Positions 26,925 to 39,779 of a stretch of DNA of 64,000 bases are shown here, one piece after another. Under the pieces are notes generated by a model that was given only the letters and a program-made list of their open reading frames with translations, was not told the DNA's origin and ran no database searches. How positions within the stretch are numbered: position 1 is the stretch's first letter; every line of letters starts with the position of its first letter. Made by a program: the position numbers and the translations under genes. Source of the DNA: Phoronis australis. Its lineage: Eukaryota > Animalia > Phoronida. Location: positions 565,007 to 629,006 of the forward strand of contig NMRA01000170.1 of assembly GCA_002633005.1 (NCBI GenBank), in the 5' to 3' direction.

Positions 26925-27499
26925 CACTACGTAAGAAAGATACTGCGCAATATGTACTTACCAGGTGTTCATTGCCTAAGACAATGCTAATGCGCTGTGA
27001 ATTCAAACGGATTGGCCTCTGCTTCCGAATAATGAACCCTTGTTTTGAATTTTGTCGTTTTACTTTTGGTCACCTCCAAGGTTTTTATGTTTTATGTTTG
27101 TTACTGAAAATATAAATACGTGAGAAATTTGAGAGCGCCTAGAAGCATTACGTATGGATTTTGTTAAGCGTCGGCGATCGGACTGACTCCGAATTATTTT
27201 CAGAATGCCCAGACATTTTACCGATTCAATTCTGGGAATAGTGTAGACACAATTCGCTTTCTTTACCCCTCATGTTTTAAGCGAACTTGGCGATTCAAGG
27301 CAATGAACCCTCCGTAGGAAGTTGTTCGTTTTCTCTATTGACGAATTTTGTCGGGCTGATTCTCTAAATGTCCCGACAGATTTTGACTCTTCACGACAAA
27401 TGTCCAGGACCGAGAAAATATATATACAAAACGTACCGAGAGTGGCGTAGATATAGTAATATCCCAGGAGACATTATTCGAGTGGTATATTACTTCAAT

Positions 27500-27620
27500 A
27501 TAGGTTATCCCACATACATAGGAATACTACTGCCATATCCTATCGAGAATTCATTTCATCTGGGAATGAATTCGAGATAGGATATCGCAGCAGTATCCCT
27601 AAGTATGTGAGATAACCTAT
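27500..27620. repeat. ~120-bp hairpin/palindromic element
   Basis: Arms of ~57 bp (ataggttatcccacatac...gaattcatt and aatgaattc...gtatgtgagataacctat) with few mismatches and a short loop. Confidence 0.85.
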
Positions 27621-27819
27621 TTATCCCATATATTTGGACTTATTTGCATCACCGTGGCAATACCTTGTTGCCGTGTGATTCGGCTTGTTGTTATATTACG
27701 TCATATGTATGCCAAGAACGGTAGGTCTACCAAAACTGGTTAAGCTACAAGACAATGTGTGAAGTGTTGAATACCCAGTAAAGTTTTATTTCGTAATAAA
27801 TTCATCGGAATTTTTAGAT

Positions 27820-28480
27820 TGTGAAATATACACAAAAACTGAAACAGAAAACGTTCCCCACAATATACAATTACAGCCTACACAACGCTTCATTCAAATG
27901 CATTAATGAAGCCCCATACCTCGGGGTCACTCTCACCAATAATTTATCATGGAACACTCATATAGACACAATCACCTCAAAAGCAAACAAAACTCTTGGC
28001 TTCATTAAACGAAATCTCAAATATGCTCCTCAAAAAACAAAAGCCCTTGCCTTCGCTTCACTTGTTAGACCAAAACTAGAATACTCCTCCTCCGTCTAGG
28101 ACCCATCCACTCGTACAAACATTGAAAAAATAGAACAAATACAGTGTGGAGCAGCCAGTTTCGTTTTAAATGACCACTCCAGGTAATCCTCCCTTTCATC
28201 CATGCTCAAAACTCTCAGTTGGCCCACCCTCCAGGAAAGACGAGCTCAAAACAAACTATCCCTTCTGTACAAGATCGTTCATAACCTGGTTGCTATTCCT
28301 CACTCATACCTTACACTCCTACAGACCTCCAGATCACGAAACTCCCACTCTCATACCTTTGAGAGATTATACATCAGTGGCGCACCGCATACTAGTAGGC
28401 AAACTCTTTCTTTCCATCTACCATTCTACTCTGGAATAGACTCCCACAATTCGCCATCTCATCAGAAACAATAGAAATAT
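27820..28480 (+). mobile_element. Degraded non-LTR retrotransposon (CR1/L2-type) fragment, RT C-terminal region
   Basis: YLGVTLTNNLSWNTHIDTITSKANKTLGFIKRNL...LVRPKLEYSSSV*DP...LSWPTLQERR...LYKIVHNLV, with a premature stop and frameshifts. Confidence 0.88.
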
Positions 28481-29214
28481 TTACAAGTCACTGAACATCA
28501 ATCTTACACAGTAATCATTAAGACCTTTTTATCTTGGCACTAACCAGCACTTCGTTTTATCGTTATTTTTCACAGTTACGTGCACCTACTAAGTTTTATA
28601 CTACGAACAATGCGCCAACAAGTAAGGATCGATACCACGATCGTTTGTTGTTTTTGGAAGAAGAAGACACAAGTTAAAGCACTGAACCATTCAATTATAT
28701 CAAAAGTTTGTCGGAAACTTAGAAACAATCCATCCGGGAATATAAAAATTGAAACATTCCCTGAACAGAGTTGTCTGGAACAGCTTGTCAGCTTCGATGA
28801 ATTTCTTCGTTTTCTTGGTCTATTTTCGTGTCTGGACTGTAAATAGCAATAGAAACATTTCCCCGTGTTGATCACAGCATTGGAAAATAACGTTGGAAAT
28901 TGTGCTGATTTGCAGAACTTGGGGTAAGGACTATCGCAAAGCAGAAGTTTTACGCCACGGCCAGCGACGGAGAGAAAAAGGAAAGGAACGCTGCGACCAG
29001 ACGATTGTCTCAGTAAAAAATACATACTCGTTATTAGGCCTTGATTTCCTGTAAAGACCTTAGATACCATGGTAGATATACTGTATGCATCCATAACGAA
29101 ACGTTTTTGTTGGATTATTTTGGCAGATGTTACTAGCCGGTAACCTTACGCAGTTTGACCTATTTACATGTATGATGACCCAGATTGAAACTTCCGCGAG
29201 GCCCAAAAATAGCC

Positions 29215-29372
29215 GCCTGCCTCCCGTTCAGTAACGCTAGGACCTCGCTAAAAAGCAAGACTTCGCGAGATTACGTGAGATATTGCCGTGTATTTTAAAT
29301 GAGAGCACGTGACTTTGACTAGGTTTTAGCTAGGTCCTAGCGTAGGTCCTAGCGTCTACTGAACGCACGCCC
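29215..29372. mobile_element. MITE family B, third copy
   Basis: Near identical to 16637-16793. Confidence 0.85.
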
Positions 29373-30209
29373 GATCTGTTCACCGTGCGTCGGAATTTTC
29401 ATCGGTAAATCTTTTCTGTTTTTAGAGCAGTAATACTGCTTTTTCAGGAACGATGCCTTGAATTAATGATTTAGGTAACCCAAATGATTGAGCTCAATAA
29501 AATTTGGCGTTGTACACGCGAATTTACTCCACCACCAGACTGCACACCAACCGTAAAATACGGCTTCTACCATTGAATATGGCTTCTACCGTGATATACG
29601 GATTGGCTCTACTTTCCCGTATATCACAGTTGAATACGTAACATATACAATGGCCATATTTTCATATACATGGGATATATGTACGCCAATCGAGGTACGT
29701 TTTGTATTTATCTCCTACGCCTCGAATTCCTAAGTTTCTTTCATTTTTTCCGCAGATTTTTTTAATACTTCACAATACTGTTCACGTGGCGGATCACATC
29801 CTACATGAATGTACTTGCGCGTAAGGCTACAAGTTTTCTCTAGTAAAAGAAACAGTTTTAAATGTGACGATTTATCACTTGAAAAGAGATAACAAAGATG
29901 AAAACAAGAGTAACTTTTCTTTGAACTTGTAGCATCTCCTGAAAATAGTTCAATAACAACCATATTTGATATTGTAGTTACCGACGAATCGGCGTCTGAG
30001 TTGCAGACGATAAAATATTTAGCAAATGAAAACCGAGACAGAACTGTCATATAATTAACAGTCCTGTTTCAGATGTTACGAGTGAGACCTGGTTGTATTT
30101 ACATTGCTATGATTGTATTACTTTAAACTAGTTTCCGAAAGTTTGGCGATCGAACCGGCTAACGACGTCGTGTCGACATTGACCTACCTTTTTAACTTTC
30201 CATGTTTTT

Positions 30210-31030
30210 TAAAGTGATATATATTTATTGAAGAATACACAAGACATACAAAGAAATGATGACAAATCCAGAAATCGCAAAGCATTATAACTGGGTTTTA
30301 AACAATTCATAAATGAAACTAATATACATAGAGGTATATATATTTAAGTAGTATTTAATATAAGTATCCCAATAATTAGATATGCTATTGCGAATATATA
30401 AAAACAAAAACATGTACAGATTCATGTATGGAAATCAGAAGCAGCAATATTGATAAACGGTACATAAAAATTTGCTAACGTTGCTTAGGAGGAATTCATT
30501 GAGAACGACGTCAAAGTTAAGACTACCATTCAATAATAATGTAACTTTGGTAGCGATATTATTACAAGAATTGATAACATTAATAATTGATTGGTTTTCA
30601 TTGAAGACACGAAAGAGTGAGTCTCTCAGGTATTCAGTGAGGGGACATTTGAAGAAAATATGAGGATAAGATTGATGGTCACCACATTTACAGTTTGGAG
30701 AAACATTACTAAAGTTATGCCTAAACTTGTCAGAATTGAGGAAAAGACTACGTCTTGATCTGTAAAATGCTATTTCGTTACCGCGGGGAAGGGAGAATTG
30801 AGTTAAGGGCGCTGAGTTATCAAAATTGTGAAAAACAGTTCTAAAATTATTTTTATAGGCCTACTCGTAAAAGAGTTGCTTTCCTTAACAGAGACTTGAA
30901 GAGAATTCCAGTTGTTGATGCACATCATGACTGTAGACCTTCTGAATGCCTGACTGAATGACGGAGGAATTGCATATGGGGTGGAGGATCTCAAATTACA
31001 GAGGTCACTGTTGAAGTAGTGCGGGAGGTG
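30210..31030 (-). mobile_element. Degraded LINE 3' end (CR1-like)
   Basis: The minus strand encodes ...INNWNSL... and, further on, SPNCKCGDHQSYPHIFFKCP (the C-terminal Cys/His motif of CR1-type ORF2). AATAAA and an A-rich end lie near 30210-30230. Confidence 0.65.
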
Positions 31031-31084
31031 AATTCGGCAAGCGCTACTACATGGCCGTATTGCCCTCGACAGATTCAACGCTGA

Positions 31085-32785
31085 CGCCCCTCGGGCGATA
31101 ATTCTCCAAAATCCACTCGGGCTCTAGAATACGGGGGATAACGACTGAGAACATGTAATAATCTACATTTATACCACTCGAATGGCCATTACAACCGCGT
31201 AATAACTAGTGAGATAACATTTTAGCAGGAACCGAGGCCGGTTTCGAACCCGGGCCGTAAGAGTTTCGAGTCGTCGACTTTACCACTGCACCACTCAGCG
31301 GCTGACGTCATCGAACGTGAAAATAAAATACTTAAATGCGCACGCGCAACAATCGCATGTTCCGCAAAGGGCATTGCACCGACATTTATACGCTATGAAA
31401 AATAAGACGCATAGTTTCCATAAAAACGATACTTTAATTCAGTGAATTTTTTTCTAATTTTCTTTCACTTATAAATCACCGATCTCCAATTTGAATGCGG
31501 GTATCGTGTCGTCGGGATCCTTTGACTTGAGCATTATACTCAGTTACCAGTGGTACCCTACTTTAGCAGACGATATTTTCCCGGTCGAAGCTTAGCATGA
31601 TAAGATTTGTACTAGTAAGCTATAATAGTTTCTAAACCTTAATTTGTAGACTCACTTTATTTCTATTTTGTTTAAATTTTGAATTGGTTTTGAGTAAAAG
31701 CACCATTTAACAAAAATGGCTGGGCTTTTCTTAAAAGGTCACGACCTCCGACCCGGGGCTTCTGACATAGAAAGTAGTTACAAAGCCAAGGCCAGTCGAG
31801 AAAGGTAAATCGATTCATTGCAATGTGGTATAATTGCAGTATGTGGTATAAATAATATGTTCTCAGTCTTTATGCCCCGTATTCTAGAGCCCTCGTGGAT
31901 TTTGACGAATTATCGTCCTGAGGGCGATAATTCTCCAAAATCCACGACGGCTCTAGAATACGGGGGATAACGACTTCGCCATGTAATAATCTATATTTAA
32001 TAACACATTTAGTTGTCTAACGGCGTTAAATAACATTTTGGCGGGAAACCGAGGCCGGTTTCGAACCAGGTTCGCACCATAGACATCACATATTAATATG
32101 TCTATGGTTCGCATCACTCAGCAGCTAACGTCATCGAACGTGAGAATAAAATACTTAAATGAGCACGCGCAACAATTGCATGTTCAACGAACGGCATTGT
32201 ACCGACATTTATACGCTATGAAAAATAAGTCGCAAAATTTCAATAAAAACGACATCTTTAATTCAGTAAAATTTTCTCTCACTGGTAAATCATCGATCTC
32301 CAGTTTGAATGCGAGTAACTGTGGTCGGGATGCTTTGACTCGGGCATTAAACTCAGTAACCACTGGTAACCTACTTTAGCAGACGATATTTTCACTGTGG
32401 AAGCTTAGCATGATGAGATGTGTAGTTAGCTAGAGTAGTTGCTAAAAATAAAAAATATTTTACAGATTCACTTTAGCTCTATTTTGGTACAATTTTTATT
32501 AAGTTTTAAGTAAACACATCATTTTAACAAGAAAAAATCGGCGTTTCTTGAAAGGTCACGACCTCCGACCTCAGGCCTCTGACATAGAAAGTAGTTACAA
32601 AAGCCGAGGCGAGTCGAGGTAGATCGATTCATTGCAATGTTTCTCGTTCGGTATGTGGTATAAATAGATAATTACACGTTCTCAGTCGTTATCCCCCGTA
32701 ATCTAGAGCCCGAGAGGATTTTGGATATTTCTCCAAAATCCAATCGGGCTCTAGATTCTTCGCCATGTAATAATATATATTTATT
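31085..32785. mobile_element. Cluster of two family D copies interleaved with a palindromic repeat (ttctccaaaatccactcgggctctagaatacgggggataacgact and its reverse complement)
   Basis: Family D copies at ~31168-31850 (bounded by ttataccac...gtggtataa) and ~32010-32665. The flanking motif recurs at ~22420, 31095, 31860-31990 and 32670-32780 in both orientations. Confidence 0.75.
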
Positions 32786-33979
32786 ACATGAATTTTTGTC
32801 TGAAGAAATAAACTGCGATTTAAATATTCAGTATTCGACGTCGTTTAATACAGGGTGCTTCTCGCAAAACAACCCCCAAACTTTTGCTAATATTTTTTCC
32901 AGTGTACGAAGGATCTTCAAAATTTGTACACTGTCAGTATTGAGCTCACCCTGGCGTTAAATGTTTTTAACGTTAGCGTTTTCGGCAGCATCCCAGCGGT
33001 TTTCCCGATGCTTGATGCATTTAGTCCAATGAAACACGAGGAGGCACGAAAACATGTCTGCATGGGCTAGTTGAGCTGACAACATAGTTTAATTGAGGCA
33101 AAGTCTTACAACTATGTATTCGAACAGTAGGTGTTAGAAATGTCAGCTATCATCTTCTAAGCACATTTCGAATACGTTGCGCTATGTAACTCATCCGTCG
33201 AGCACGAAATTGACAACTTTCGAAACAAATTTACGCTTAAAAAGGGGCGTTGAAAAATCTTTTCGCAACGCGTGTTAAAGTGCTTACTTCGCAGTGGATC
33301 CGTTACAGCAGCATTTTACATTGCTGGCTAAACAAATGAAAATCAAATTAGGCCCTTTCTCTCACAAAATTGGTCTCTTGACTTCTTTGTGTGGATAGCA
33401 AGATTCTTTCGTTGCCAACTTAAGTCACAGGCAATGCGCACACGCGCCATTTTTGAATTCTCAGTCTTAGAGTTGGCCAACTCAAAGAACTTCTGAAGAG
33501 TTTTCTTGAGTCGTTGATGGTTTCGATTTCCTTTTAGTGACATAAATGAAATCCTATATAGAGCTTATTGGTAGGAACTAATTATTAGTGAAGGGGAAAA
33601 AAGGAATGCATATTGACTTAGTCGGCGGGTATTTGTTGGAACATAATCAAAGACGACAAAGTTAATGTAAAATGTTAAACTTTATGGTCGAGGTAAGGGT
33701 TTTCGCAAAAATGTGAGACTTAAAGCAATGTTGAGGACTGTTTCGGTAATATTACTATTACTTTGGGCCATCCTGTTTCACACAAATTGATTTAAATTTT
33801 CCACGTGGCACGAAAAGTCGCATCACGAAATAAAAGAAACTGCATTTTCAAATTGTTATGTACTGTCAGCATATTGTTCCGTAGCTCATCATAGGTATTA
33901 TTTTGGCATAATAAACCGCTTTATTCTGATTTCATATTTATTTAAGTTTTCAACTTTGACTTACGTTTGTTGCTTTTAG

Positions 33980-34173
33980 CCACCTTTAATTGATGACTTA
34001 GACAACGGCGCCTTAAAACTGACGAAACGTATCCTAATTTGAAAAAACAGATGACAGTACTTCAGTACAAATGAAAGGTCGAAGCGCACTGTTGTCACAC
34101 AGATGCTGTTGATTTTAATATATGTGACGCTCCTCATCGTGAGAGGAACTTTCAGCTCAGAGAAAACACTACG
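33980..34173 (+). pseudogene. Decayed duplicate of exon 2 of the LDLa gene
   Basis: ttttAG|cca...ttgatgacttagacaacggc...ctcatcgtg...ttcagctca...aaacactacg|GTATCT aligns to 25862-26054, including both splice sites and the adjacent intron (tgact..aagtgac). It is frameshifted with a TGA, and no exon-3 copy is visible. Confidence 0.75.
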
Positions 34174-36118
34174 GTATCTTGACTTGAAGTGACGTAATGG
34201 GATGCAATAATAAAATGGAGAAAGTTGAACAAAATTACTACTGAGAATTTATCCTAGACAAAGCTTCAACAGTTGTTCAAGGCCTTTTGTTCAAGGCACT
34301 TCGATTTTTACGCGAACGCGTCTTCTTTTGCTGCAAGGCAATGACCTGATAAATAAAACTAGATGTATATAGCTAATATTGGCAATGACCCTCGACTTCA
34401 CGAGGTAATGAACGACGTGTTCTTCAGGCGCACTCTTACTTTCAAGCTCAGGTGTAATTTTCTATTTTAGTATTCTGGTAATAGTTAGCAGATATAATCA
34501 TCAGGTAATCAGGCTTCCAAACCGATTTGTCCGTTTATGAGAAAGTGAATTTTGTATAATTATGGCGACTGGTCGGGGTCAGTGCTGAAAGACTCAAAAT
34601 TAGGTTTAGGTTTATTTTAAAATCAATCAAAAAGCATGAATGTCGAGTCATTTCTCGAGGACGGGTGAGGAATGCAAACCCACCCATTGTTGTCAACTCG
34701 ATTTGTGGAAATCTTCAGCTCGTCTGGCACGGCAGTCCAGATCTATATTTCGTATTTAAATCCTTATTCCAGAGACGTTACTGCACTTATGTGCTTCGCC
34801 TATTCGTTTTTTTGTTTACATATGGTCAGGAGATGAAACTTGACATTTTCAACCCGGCTTTTATCAGCGCTACACACCATTCAAGTCGGTCATTTTGACG
34901 GCGCCCTGCGACCAACTGAAACAACAAGAATCTATCATGATCCAGCTCTTTAACCTTAATGTTACATAGGACCCGGCAGACTTGTCAGTGTATATAATCA
35001 AGTGTTTATAAAATTATAGAATTGAACTCCAGTAAAAGTATATATTTTCTGAAAGCAGAAACCCGGTAGCAGGGGTCCCATTCTCAGTTACCCCTTTTTC
35101 CCCTTTCTCCGATACCCAATGCGTTTCGAACACAGTCCCAATAAATCTGCATTCCCGAATCTGGTCAAAAAGGACCCTATCACGATCCCCGAAAAAGCCT
35201 TTCCCCATCCTGTAGGATTTGATTTTGTTCTTTACACCAATTTGCTATTAATTGGGTCACGTGACTGTGTGTTTTTAGTAAAATTTACCTCAGAAGAAGA
35301 TATACCCATAGAAAACAATAAGTAACATTAACACTGACCAATTACTGAAATCTCAAAACGCTGTTACATTTGTCTAAACTATTTTGTTTTCATTTTATGC
35401 CACTTTTGAGTCTTTTTCGTGAAAATCATAGCCCTTCATGCATAAATGGAAATTTTAAAAAAATTTCAAACACCATTCTTGCGAACAGCTCATTAATTAT
35501 GGTGTCCAAAAGATTCATATGACTGAATCCGATCAGCCATTTCTGAGGTACGAAGTTCCAAAGTTCATGAAAATCCACTAAGGGACGTAAAAAAACTAAA
35601 ATTAGGGATGAAAACATTCATTGGAGATTGGAACCGAAAAAACTCAGAAACAGAAACGAAAAGTTAATTCAGAAAACTAATAGTGGTTTCCTGATTTCAT
35701 CTTAAGTATTGATCACAAAAGAAATATGACCACGTTTGGAATATTGTTATTTTGATATGAACGTTCCTTTTTGCTATATCAACCTAAAATGGCATGGTGG
35801 ATATACTTTTATTGCAGAATTTAAAGTGCTAATAAAATTTGCCAAATGAGTTCAGTGCACATGTATTATTGGTCAACACAATCATGTCATTTTGTCTGTT
35901 ACTCCTGACAATAACTAATTACTCCAATTTATCAGACGAATCCATCAGGAACCCCATTTACCGTGGAAATTTTTATTAACAAAACGTACAGATTTTTCGC
36001 TTAAGTTATTCAGTATTTTTAATGCTACACGACGAATGTGGTTTTTAGGAAAATATGCCTTGATTAGTGTTTAAACATTTCATTGTCTCGATCGCTCTAT
36101 ACCAGAACAACAATTTTT

Positions 36119-36866
36119 TTATGTTCGAAGTATGTCCCGAAAATAATAGGTGCGTCGCAAGCTCCGTTTCCAGAAATAAAAAAGAAGACCGTGTATAGGC
36201 GATATAAGGTCATTTATTATGACTGATATTGTACAGAAATATGAGTGTACAGATAACATAAAGATAAAATAATAATCTCTGGAAAGATGGGCAATAAAAA
36301 GCGCCAGCACTCAGGTAAGAGAAACCACCGAAAGGAGAGGGTGATAAAGGGTGGGAAAGTTTGAAGAGAGATTAAACTCGAACCTAAGTGCTGCTAAAGC
36401 GAAGTACTGATGCAGGAAATATAACTTTACTGAGAACAAATGAGCCTTATGACACGTGACTATCATCAGCCTATGGGAGCCAGGAGCTGACCAAACTCTT
36501 GGCACATGACACAATCGAACCAATAGTCAGGCTGGAAATGGAATGTCCTAGTGCCTCGTGTGCAGAAGGACCGCATGCGAATCTACACAAAGGATTAATG
36601 GACCAGTCCGAAAGATGGGGGTATAAGTGGGACGAGTCCATATTCTCACATAAATATATTAAACGAGTGAAATATTATTTATGTTCGAAGTATGTCCCGA
36701 AAATAATAGGTGCGTCGCAAGCTCCGTTTCCAGAGATAAAAAGGAGATCGTGTATAGGCGATATAAGGTCATTTATTATGACTGATAAGGTACAGAAATA
36801 TGAGTGTACAGATAACATAAAGGTAAAATAATAATCTCTGGAAAGATGGGTAATAAAAAGCGCCAT
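36119..36866. repeat. Pair of ~185-bp direct repeats (36122-36306, 36682-36866) around a ~375-bp spacer
   Basis: tgttcgaagtatgtcccgaaaataataggtgcg...aataaaaagcgcca occurs twice with few differences. Confidence 0.9.
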
Positions 36867-37214
36867 CATTTACCGGGGACATCACGCTGGGTCGTTGTCT
36901 TCGGAATAAATATAACCTAGGCCTTTTTTATATCTCAACATAATTTGCCTCCACTCACTGTCCACAATATCAAAGAACGTCCTCCACTACTCTCTGGGCG
37001 TATGCACGTTATCAAAATACGAATACTCAGCTGTTAACGATTAGAACTAAAGGTCCTCGGACCAATCGCCCTTTGGTTGAATAATACACAATCGGAGAGA
37101 AGAAATTTGCCGGGAACAGATTTCTGTTTAGTGTCATGACAAACATGAACTTCAGAAAAACGCTTAATCAAAATTCGAACAATTCAGGCGAACAAGACGC
37201 ATTTACAGACAGTG

Positions 37215-37410
37215 ACTTAAACTGACTTAAGTTCATTTTTGACTTAAGTCTAAAATATGTCTTAACTTACAAACTTTGAAACTTCGACATCCGGTAACAC
37301 TTTAATCAAGCTTAATATCTTTACCATGAAATGATTTTGAGACACATTAAACTTTTGTTTTAAAATTTAAGAATTGTCTTAACAAAGTCAGTTTTGGTGG
37401 AAAGAGCCCA
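37215..37410. mobile_element. MITE family C copy (opposite orientation to 17222-17465)
   Basis: aaactgacttaagttcatttttgacttaagt is the reverse complement of ~17418-17448. Confidence 0.6.
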
Positions 37411-39779
37411 GGATCTCCATTAAATTTCGTCAAAACGAACCCTGTCACAACTTCCAACGTTGAAATCATTCTTGTCTTATTATTTCGTCGCATCGGGTGT
37501 TTGGATCCGTTCGTGAACGAAACGGTTGTTATCCTCAATTCGTTGCCCTAGTTATCTTTCAAGTGTGAACATAACTGTCATTAGAGTTCCTAGTTTGAAC
37601 GTAGTTTGACATTGTTACGAAATGTTTGGATATCTCGGAAATGGCTCACCGTATTCACATGCACGAACTTAAGACATTCTGTTTTATGTATGAGAGGCAA
37701 TCAAAAAACAGTACTTATATGATCTTCATTAAAAAGCGAAAAGATGCATAACATGTGGGCAACTTAATAAATTAGAAAACCGTGACCATGTTTTTGAGAT
37801 TTCATCTTTAATACTTATATCAAACGAGATTTGATCATACATGTTATTGATACAGTTGCTTTGCTATCAATGAACTTTTCCTCTAAAAACGTGCTCACAT
37901 GACCCAGTTAACGCAACCAGAGTGACTTCCCCACCTAAAATTCCCTTAATTCTGTCCAAAACTTTTGGCTGGGTTCAGTTTGGTGGCCCGACTTATGAGA
38001 CTGTTTGAGGCCTGAACGAAAGTAAAAGCACAATTTTCTTTCGAGTATTGAGAGTCAGTGAGTTACTGAAACCTGAAACTTGAAGCCACACAAAAAGTCA
38101 ACTCTGAAGCTGCTGTACTTCTGCGTTTCAATTTTTATGTAGGCCATCTATACCCATTAAACTCATTGGCTGACGGAAGCAAAATTAAACAGCAACAGCG
38201 TGAGGAAATATGGAGTACACTAACTAGGAAGGGCAGCGGACGAATGGGGGGGCTCACGCCGGGGCGTGGCGTAATCGTGTCATCGTTTTTTTTTTTTTTT
38301 TTTTCTTTTAGCCCTCCGATAGATTTGGGAACACCAGGGATCACAACACTGGCCCCACAGGCAGGGTGCGTGTGTATACGATCACGCTTTGCCCAATTCT
38401 TCGAGGCAACATGTTGCCCCCAGCCCCCCTTTATGGTATCCTAGGTCCGCCACTGCCAAAACTGGTCTCGTTTTGTCCCTTACAAATATGAGAAGTTCGT
38501 TATTCCTGATGACCACCCATAAAATGACCTGGCGAGAGAAGCTAGGGGCGAGTTTTGTACAAGATCCTTGCGGGAAATCCTAGTGTGATAATATCGTGCT
38601 TCGTTTGTACTGCATGGCTCTTTCACAAACAGGCTTGGTTAATTTCTTATCCTCTCTCAACAAATTTGCTCTACGGAATCCGTTCCGTAGACGAAAAGCT
38701 GTTCTAGCCATGTACTTCACTTGTAATGCATGGGGAAATCTTGTGATTTTTTGCGCAATCTGCTGTTCTCGCAAGGGTCTTGCCTCTACAGAGCATAGCC
38801 CTGGTCACAAGCACTAAAATCAACTCAAGCTTGAGTACATAACAAGCGGAAACCAATTTCAAAACTACAGGTGGTCAAAATCAAAATGTGAGTATTTAAA
38901 TGTCTGATTAACAGTTTTAAAATTGGTTTGTGTTTTTGTGGTGGGGCCCCTTTTCAGAATTTTTTATTAGGGCAACTTTACAGAACTAATTTTACAAAAT
39001 ATATTCTGAGGCCAGTGAGTGGAGTCGATTGGCTACTTGTAGAGTTCCATTCCTCAACTCAAACTTTTATTGCAGCTTTTACAAATTAGTTACAACTACA
39101 AGCACTGTCGTTCTCCTGCAAGAGTATAGTTTTAACCAAATACAAGAACTACGCAAATCAGCCCTAAATGACAGACAAAAAGCATGGGAATATTGTACAC
39201 ACATTCCTTTATTTTCATTGATTAAGAACAAACAGTAAACTATCACCAATTTAGGACAAATGATGTTATAGTTCTTCCTGTGAAATGAAGAACAAAAAGT
39301 GAAGCCACGCTGGGGCGGCCAACCAACATAATCTGTAACCTTCATACTAAAAATCTGTATTTTGCAAGTGAAAACTACAACATTAAGCCTACATAATAAC
39401 TCAGCTCATCACATAGGACAAGTTATACTTCTTCGTGTGATATGTAGGACAAAAGTAGTACCATACCATTTTCAAGTTATGCACCTGTAGCTACCATCAG
39501 GAAATATTTTGAAAAAAATGTGCACATTCACAAATGTTGAAAGCCATTGAGACATGAAGGCAGTTAATACAGTCTCACTAAATTGAAGTTGAAATAAAAC
39601 ACATGTTGTGTTGTGAGAGTGTCTCTGCTAACTCTTAATGGCTACCAAAAAAGGAAATTTCAATTTCTGGAAATTCTAGCTATCACCATGGAAATTGTTC
39701 GCCAATTACTAGCTTTGGTCCAGATTAGAACTGAGTACGCTGCTTTGAGCATCCCCAGGATCTATAGGTGAGAACTCGG

